Positions 58,760 through 64,000 of a stretch of DNA of 64,000 nucleotides are shown one piece after another. The position numbers were made by a program, and so were the translations under genes. Source of the DNA: Candidatus Multivorans sp. (GTDB taxonomy: Bacteria > Acidobacteriota > Thermoanaerobaculia > Multivoradales > Multivoraceae); contig OZ245033.1 in assembly GCA_965224025.1 (NCBI GenBank), forward strand, positions 128,001-192,000, written 5' to 3'. The first letter of the stretch is position 1. Each line of letters starts with the position of its first letter. The notes under the pieces are model-generated. The model was not told where the DNA came from. It ran no database searches and was given only the letters and a program-made list of their open reading frames with translations.

Positions 58760-61700
58760 CTACACCGCCGGCAGCAGACGGCTGACGCGGTAGCCGTCGG
58801 AGTCCTTCTCGAAGCCGCAGGCGTCGAGGGTCGGAGCCCAGCGCGATTCAGGGGCAGGCCGGCCGTCGATCCGCAGGAGGCGGATCGACCGGCGCTTGCG
58901 CCGGCCGGCAAGGTCCCGCAGGGCGGACCAGGCTTCCCGTGGATCGGGGTCGTCGCCGAGCGCCGAGAACGTCCAGACGCCCTGACCGCCGGCTTCGAGA
59001 TACAGGCACGGCGTGCCGGCGCGCAGCACGAGCCAGGCGCGGGGAATGCGCCGGGGACCGGAACGGGCCGACTCGACTTCGCTCCCGAGCTGGGGCCACG
59101 GCAACACCGCGCCCCAGGGATTGGCCGGATCGACCGCGGCCAGGCTCTCGATCGGCCCTCGCCTTCCCGGCGTCCGGCGCGCCCGCCGCAGGCGCTCGAC
59201 CGCGACCGGCAGGGCGAACTGGCGGCCAGCCAGACCGTGAACGAAGTAGCCGCGGCGCAGATGGCCGACCTCCTCCATCTCGCGCAGCACCGGGTAGAGC
59301 GCCTCGAACCCGCCAGGCACGTTCTCGGCACGGGCCGTCTCGGCCGCGACGACGCCGTAGCGGTCGAGCAGAAGCGTGGCCGTCGCGTGAGCCCACTCGG
59401 TGTCGCTGACCGCGGCGTCCGGCGCCGCGAGACCGGCGACCAGGGACCAGCGTCCGCCGGCCAGGGTCGCGGCGCGGCTGCGCCGGACGCCGGCGGGTGG
59501 CCGGCCCCGTGCCGGTCGACGAGGCCAGCCTCGCGGGATTCCCCGAGGCTGAGGTCCGGCGGAAGGTGTCCTGCGGCGCTTGTCCAGCGACTCGAGCGGT
59601 AGAAACGTGTCGTTCGTGATCCGGCCCGCCCACACGAGGTCCCAGATCGCCGCCTCGACTTCCGTTTCGCCCCAGTCGCCGGCACCGACCACGCCGCGCA
59701 CGAGGTCGAAAGTGAAGCAGGCGCCGCGGGTCTCGAGCCGCTGGAGGATCGCCCGGTGCAAACCGCCCGTCCACTGTGCCTCCGGTCCGGCCGCCTGGCC
59801 CCCATCTCCGGCGTCCGCGGCCTCGGAGGCCTGCTCTGCCAGGCCGTGGGCCAGAACGCCGAAGCGATCGCGTCCGTAGACGCCCACCCGGCCGTCCCGC
59901 GGTCCGAGCCGCCCGCGGCCCACCCACAGCAAGTCGCCCGCCATCGCCAGCCGGTCCAGCATCTCCACCCGGAAGCCAGGAATCCGGGCCGGCAGGATGT
60001 GATCGACGAGAGTCCGCCAGGACAGCGGAAGGCCTTCGAGCTGAGACACCGTTTCCTCGAGCCGTCCGAGCGTCCGGTCCGGCACCGTGGAAGCCGCCGG
60101 CGCGGCCCGGGCACGGCTCCGCGGCGCCGGCGGGCTGGCCGACGCGACCCCCTGATCCACGCCCTGCCACCGCCCGAGAAAGCGCGCCAGCGCCGCCCCG
60201 TCGACCGGCTCCGCTTCCCGGCGCAGCTTGGCCAGGGTGCGGCGCTTGATCTGCCGGAGCACCTCCCGGTCGCACCATTCGAACCCGTCGACGCCCGACC
60301 GGAATTCACCGCGAACGAGCGAACCGGCATCTTCGAGCGCCTCGAGCAAGGGTTCGACCGCTCCCTGCGGCAGACCGAAGCGGCCGGCGGCGCCGCCGCT
60401 CGCGAACGGTCCCCGGCTGCGCGCGAAGCGCCCGACCAGCGCCTTGAGCGGCGCCGGCCGGGTCGCCAGCAAATCGCGCGGCAGGCCTTCGGGCAGGTCC
60501 GCGTCGAGGCCGTCGCGGTAGAGCGCCGCATCCTCGACCGCCACCCAGAACCGCGTGCCATCGCCTGACTCGACCTCGACCGCGCGTTTCTGGCGTTCCA
60601 GTTCGGACAGCCAGTCGTCCGCGTCGGCCGGCGCGCGTGCGCCGACTTCAGCCCTCGTCAGCCCGCCGGTACTCCGCAGCAGGTCGTAGAGATCGTCCTC
60701 GTGCCGCGGACCCCGGCCCGTCGCCAGCCCCTGCAGTTCCTCGCCTACGGCCTGGATCACGTCCTCGTCCAGCAACTCCTTCAGACTGGACGTGCCGAGC
60801 AGCTCGCGCAGCAGTTCGCGGTCCAGCGTCAGCGCCTGCGCGCGGCGCTCCGCCGCCGGCGCGTCGTCGTCGTAGAGAAACCGCTCCTCGTAGGCGAAGA
60901 CCAGGGAGCGGGCGAACGGCGACGGCCCCGGGGTCTCCACGTCGTCGACCCGGATCGCGCCGTCTTCGATGTTCCTCATCAGGTCCACGAGGCCGGACAG
61001 GTCGAAGAGATCGCTCATGCACTCGCGGTAGGTCTCGAGCAGCACCGGAAAGTCCGGGTAGCGGCGCGCCACGGAAAGCAGGTTCTTCGAGCGTTGGCGC
61101 TGCTGCCAGAGGGGCGTTCGCCGACCCGGCCGGTTGCGTGGCAGAAGCAGGGCGCGGGCGGCGTTCTCCCGAAAGCGGCTCGCGAACATCGGCGTCGACG
61201 CGACCTGGTCCGTGACCAGATCCTCGACCTCGTCCGGATCGAGCAGGAACGTCCGCGCCGGCGGCAGGCTGTCCACGTCGGCGAACCGGAGGGCTATGCC
61301 GTCGTCCGTCCAGTGCGTCTGGACCTGGACGCCGGTGCGCTCGCTGAAGCGGCGCTCCAGGGCCATCGCCCAGGGGGCGTGGATGCGAGAGCCGAAGGGG
61401 GTCAGGATGCACACCCTCCAGTCGCCGATCTCGTCCCGGAACCGCTCGATTGTCAACGCGCGGTCGGTGGGCAGGGTGCCCGTCTGGTCGCGCTGTTCGT
61501 CGACGTAGGCGAAGAGGTTCGCCGCGGCGTAGCGGTCTAGCGGAGCCTCCTCGGCCAGGAAGCGCCGGGCGTCGTCGCGGTCGCGGCGGCCGAGTTCGCG
61601 CAGGAACGCGCCGAGGGCCTCGCCGAGTTCCACCGGCCGGCCCGGACCGTCGCCGTGCCAGAAGGGCATGCGGCCCGGTTCGCCGGGAGCCGGCCGCACG

Positions 61701-63457
61701 ATGACCCGGTCCCGGGTGATCTCGGTCACCCGCCAGGCAGCGGCGCCGAGCAGGAACGTGTCGCCGGCGCGGGACTCGTAGACCATCTCCTCGTCGAGCT
61801 CGCCCAACCGTGGCCCGTCGGGACCGAGGTGGACGGTGAACAGCCCGCGGTCGGGAATCGTGCCGGCGTTCATCCGTACGAGCAGGGCGGCACCGCGGCG
61901 AGCGGTCAGCACTCCGCGACCGTGATCCCAGGAGAGTCGCGGGCGCAGGTCGGCGAACTCCTCCGAGGGATAGCGGCCGACCAGCATGTGGAGCACCGTG
62001 GTCAGCACGCCGCGGGTCAGGCCGCGGTATGGCCGCGCGCGCCGGGCCACGTTCAGCAGGTCCTCGATCGTCCGCTCCCGGTCGCAGCACATCGCGACGA
62101 TCTGCTGCGCCAGCACGTCGAGCGGGTTCTCCGGCAGCCGCATGGACTCGATGGAACCCCGCTGCATCTGGATCGCGGTGACCGTGCACTCCAGCAGATC
62201 GCCCCGGAACTTGGGGAACATCAGGCCGCGGCTGCGCTCGCCGACCGCGTGGCCGGCACGGCCGACGCGCTGCAGACCGCGGACGGCGGAACCGGGCGCC
62301 TCGACCAGCAGCACCAGATCGACGCTGCCCATGTCGATCCCGAGCTCCAGCGAGCTCGTAGCGACGATGCAGCGCAGGCGCCCCGCCTTGAGGGACTCCT
62401 CGATCTCCCGCCGCTGCTCGTGGGAGATGCTGCCGTGGTGGGCCCGGACCAGCGGTCCCATCTCCGCGTCCTCCGCGGCGCCGTCCATGTCGCCGCCGTC
62501 GCCGACCGCCAGGTCGTTCAGCCGCTGGGCGAGCCGCTCGCACAGGGAACGGCTGTTGACGAAGACGATCGTCGACCGGTGGTTGCTGACCGCCTCCAGG
62601 ATGCGCGGGTACACCGAGGGCCACAAACCGGCCGTCTCTGACCCGGGCGGCGGTTCCTCACCGTCTCCGAGTGCCTCCGCCGCGGGCGGCGCCTCCATGT
62701 CCGCCACGGGCACGACGACCTCGATATCGATGTGCGGCGGCTCGGAAGCATCCACGACCTCCACCGGCCGGTCGCCGCCGAGGAACTCGGCCGCCAGCGC
62801 CATCGGCCGCACGGTCGCCGAAAGGCCGATCCGTTGCGGCTCCCGGTCACCCGTCAACTCGGCCAGACGCTCCAGCGACAGGGCGAGATGAGCGCCGCGC
62901 TTGGTCGCCGCCATCGCATGGACCTCGTCGACGATCACGGTCTCGACCGTGCGCAGGTTCGCCGCCGCCCGTGACCCCAGGATGAGAAACAGCGACTCCG
63001 GCGTGGTGACCAGGATCTCGCCCGGCCGCCGCAGTTGACGGCGGCGCTCGTGGGGCGTCGTGTCGCCGGTCCGCACGTCGACGGTGACTGGACGCACCGG
63101 CCGCCCGAGCTTCCGAGCCGCGCGACGAACACCGGCCAGCGGCGCGTCGAGATTGCGCTCGATGTCGTAGACCAGGGCCTTCAGCGGCGAGACGTAGAGC
63201 ACACGGACGCCCGACTCAGGCGCCGTAGCGTCGGCATCCTCAGCCGCCGCGGCGGCGCCATTGGTCTGGAACGCGCCGAAACTGAGGCGGTCGATCGCCC
63301 ACAGGAACGCCGCCAGCGTCTTGCCGCTGCCGGTCGGTGCAACGAGCAGGGCGTTCCTGCCCCGGGTGAGCACGGGCCAGCCCAACTCCTGCACCCGGGT
63401 CGGCCCCGGGAACGTGTCGTCGAACCACCGGCGTACCGGCTGGGAGAACGAGTCCAT
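58760..63457 (-). CDS. lhr: Full-length Lhr ATP-dependent helicase with extended C-terminal domain
   Basis: APTGSGKT, SPLKAL, DEVH, SAT, ATSSLELGID, QRVGRAGH, MNAGTIPD, RRGYFV.GL...QFA, AVDPANPWG. Confidence 0.93.
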   Translation of the reverse strand: MDSFSQPVRRWFDDTFPGPTRVQELGWPVLTRGRNALLVAPTGSGKTLAAFLWAIDRLSFGAFQTNGAAAAAEDADATAPESGVRVLYVSPLKALVYDIERNLDAPLAGVRRAARKLGRPVRPVTVDVRTGDTTPHERRRQLRRPGEILVTTPESLFLILGSRAAANLRTVETVIVDEVHAMAATKRGAHLALSLERLAELTGDREPQRIGLSATVRPMALAAEFLGGDRPVEVVDASEPPHIDIEVVVPVADMEAPPAAEALGDGEEPPPGSETAGLWPSVYPRILEAVSNHRSTIVFVNSRSLCERLAQRLNDLAVGDGGDMDGAAEDAEMGPLVRAHHGSISHEQRREIEESLKAGRLRCIVATSSLELGIDMGSVDLVLLVEAPGSAVRGLQRVGRAGHAVGERSRGLMFPKFRGDLLECTVTAIQMQRGSIESMRLPENPLDVLAQQIVAMCCDRERTIEDLLNVARRARPYRGLTRGVLTTVLHMLVGRYPSEEFADLRPRLSWDHGRGVLTARRGAALLVRMNAGTIPDRGLFTVHLGPDGPRLGELDEEMVYESRAGDTFLLGAAAWRVTEITRDRVIVRPAPGEPGRMPFWHGDGPGRPVELGEALGAFLRELGRRDRDDARRFLAEEAPLDRYAAANLFAYVDEQRDQTGTLPTDRALTIERFRDEIGDWRVCILTPFGSRIHAPWAMALERRFSERTGVQVQTHWTDDGIALRFADVDSLPPARTFLLDPDEVEDLVTDQVASTPMFASRFRENAARALLLPRNRPGRRTPLWQQRQRSKNLLSVARRYPDFPVLLETYRECMSDLFDLSGLVDLMRNIEDGAIRVDDVETPGPSPFARSLVFAYEERFLYDDDAPAAERRAQALTLDRELLRELLGTSSLKELLDEDVIQAVGEELQGLATGRGPRHEDDLYDLLRSTGGLTRAEVGARAPADADDWLSELERQKRAVEVESGDGTRFWVAVEDAALYRDGLDADLPEGLPRDLLATRPAPLKALVGRFARSRGPFASGGAAGRFGLPQGAVEPLLEALEDAGSLVRGEFRSGVDGFEWCDREVLRQIKRRTLAKLRREAEPVDGAALARFLGRWQGVDQGVASASPPAPRSRARAAPAASTVPDRTLGRLEETVSQLEGLPLSWRTLVDHILPARIPGFRVEMLDRLAMAGDLLWVGRGRLGPRDGRVGVYGRDRFGVLAHGLAEQASEAADAGDGGQAAGPEAQWTGGLHRAILQRLETRGACFTFDLVRGVVGAGDWGETEVEAAIWDLVWAGRITNDTFLPLESLDKRRRTPSAGPQPRGIPRGWPRRPARGRPPAGVRRSRAATLAGGRWSLVAGLAAPDAAVSDTEWAHATATLLLDRYGVVAAETARAENVPGGFEALYPVLREMEEVGHLRRGYFVHGLAGRQFALPVAVERLRRARRTPGRRGPIESLAAVDPANPWGAVLPWPQLGSEVESARSGPRRIPRAWLVLRAGTPCLYLEAGGQGVWTFSALGDDPDPREAWSALRDLAGRRKRRSIRLLRIDGRPAPESRWAPTLDACGFEKDSDGYRVSRLLPAV

Positions 63458-63580
63458 GAGGCATCCTACGCACGGATCGGGATGTCGATCCCGCCGGCAC
63501 CCGACTGTTACTCTCGACCACCTTCAAAGCAGCCCGAAGCCACGTTCAGAGCAACCGAAACGTCGACGATCGAGATCGGA

Positions 63581-63886
63581 TTGGCCCACCACGACCACAG
63601 GAAGCACGGCGGCAAGAGGTACTGGCTCGACAGCAAGCGAAACGTCGCCAAGGTCTTCTACGCGCTGATCGCCATCGACGCTCTGTGGCTGGCGTCGGAC
63701 TTCTTCTACGACAAGCACGCCGAGTTCGAGGCGCTCGGCGGCTGGGCGGACGGCGGGATCGGGTTCTACCCGGTCTACGGCTTCGTCGGCGCCTTCCTTC
63801 TGGTGCTGGCGGCCAAGCAGATGCGTCGGGTCCTGATGCGGCCCGAGGACTACTACGACCGCGAAGAGCGGTCCGGGAGCTCCTGA
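63581..63886 (+). CDS. Small two-TM membrane protein of the type found in Mrp/antiporter-like operons
   Basis: WLDSKRNVAKVFYAL...GFYPVYGFVG..LLVLAAKQMRRVLMRPEDYYD; TTG 63581 start uncertain. Confidence 0.65.
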   Translation: MAHHDHRKHGGKRYWLDSKRNVAKVFYALIAIDALWLASDFFYDKHAEFEALGGWADGGIGFYPVYGFVGAFLLVLAAKQMRRVLMRPEDYYDREERSGSS

Positions 63887-63893
63887 GTTTCCG

Positions 63894-64000
63894 ATGGTCG
63901 AGTTGCTGCTCTCGCCGCCCCTGCTCCTGATGGTCGGCAGCCTCGCGCTCGCCGCGGCGCCGCGTTCCGTCCTGCCCCGGAGCGTGCTGCGCGCGCTGCT
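63894..64000 (+). CDS. 5' end of a hydrophobic membrane protein (possibly MrpD/antiporter-like), truncated by the window
   Basis: MVELLLSPPLLLMVGSLALAAAPRSVLPRSVLRAL..., 7 nt after the previous stop; product inferred from context only. Confidence 0.4.
   Translation, partial: MVELLLSPPLLLMVGSLALAAAPRSVLPRSVLRAL

Overview
GC-rich bacterial chromosomal window from a diderm, since it carries a TolC/RND pump and lipoproteins. The style suggests an uncultured Acidobacteriota-like organism, but that is inference only. About 55 real genes sit among many spurious shadow ORFs. Housekeeping and metabolic genes include an RND efflux operon, a PotABCD-like ABC transporter, boxC-boxB, pdxH, pheST, rsmE, aroC, deoC with two aldehyde dehydrogenases, a hisN-like gene, murA and lhr. 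Accessory DNA is interleaved: three Uma2 nucleases, a hicBA-like pair, a frameshifted giant sacsin-like ATPase/DUF3883 nuclease, two type II restriction-modification systems and two internally deleted gene relics. There are two top candidates for undescribed systems. (1) A MamK-type actin with no magnetosome genes nearby is translationally coupled to a membrane-anchored, AMIN-less cell-wall amidase, and lies divergent from an RND pump whose adaptor carries a C-terminal AMIN-like domain (1-6839). (2) A tandem pair of QueG/reductive-dehalogenase-like Fe-S paralogs with a non-canonical 9-Cys pattern is followed by a small HTH-like protein, a luciferase-like oxidoreductase and pdxH (23732-27514). 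Also notable are widespread leaderless-type promoters, twin ECF promoters ahead of a secreted amphipathic repeat protein, and an inverted-repeat element after the actin gene. No rRNA, tRNA, CRISPR array or transposase was recognised. All family calls come from motif recognition by eye; no database searches were run.
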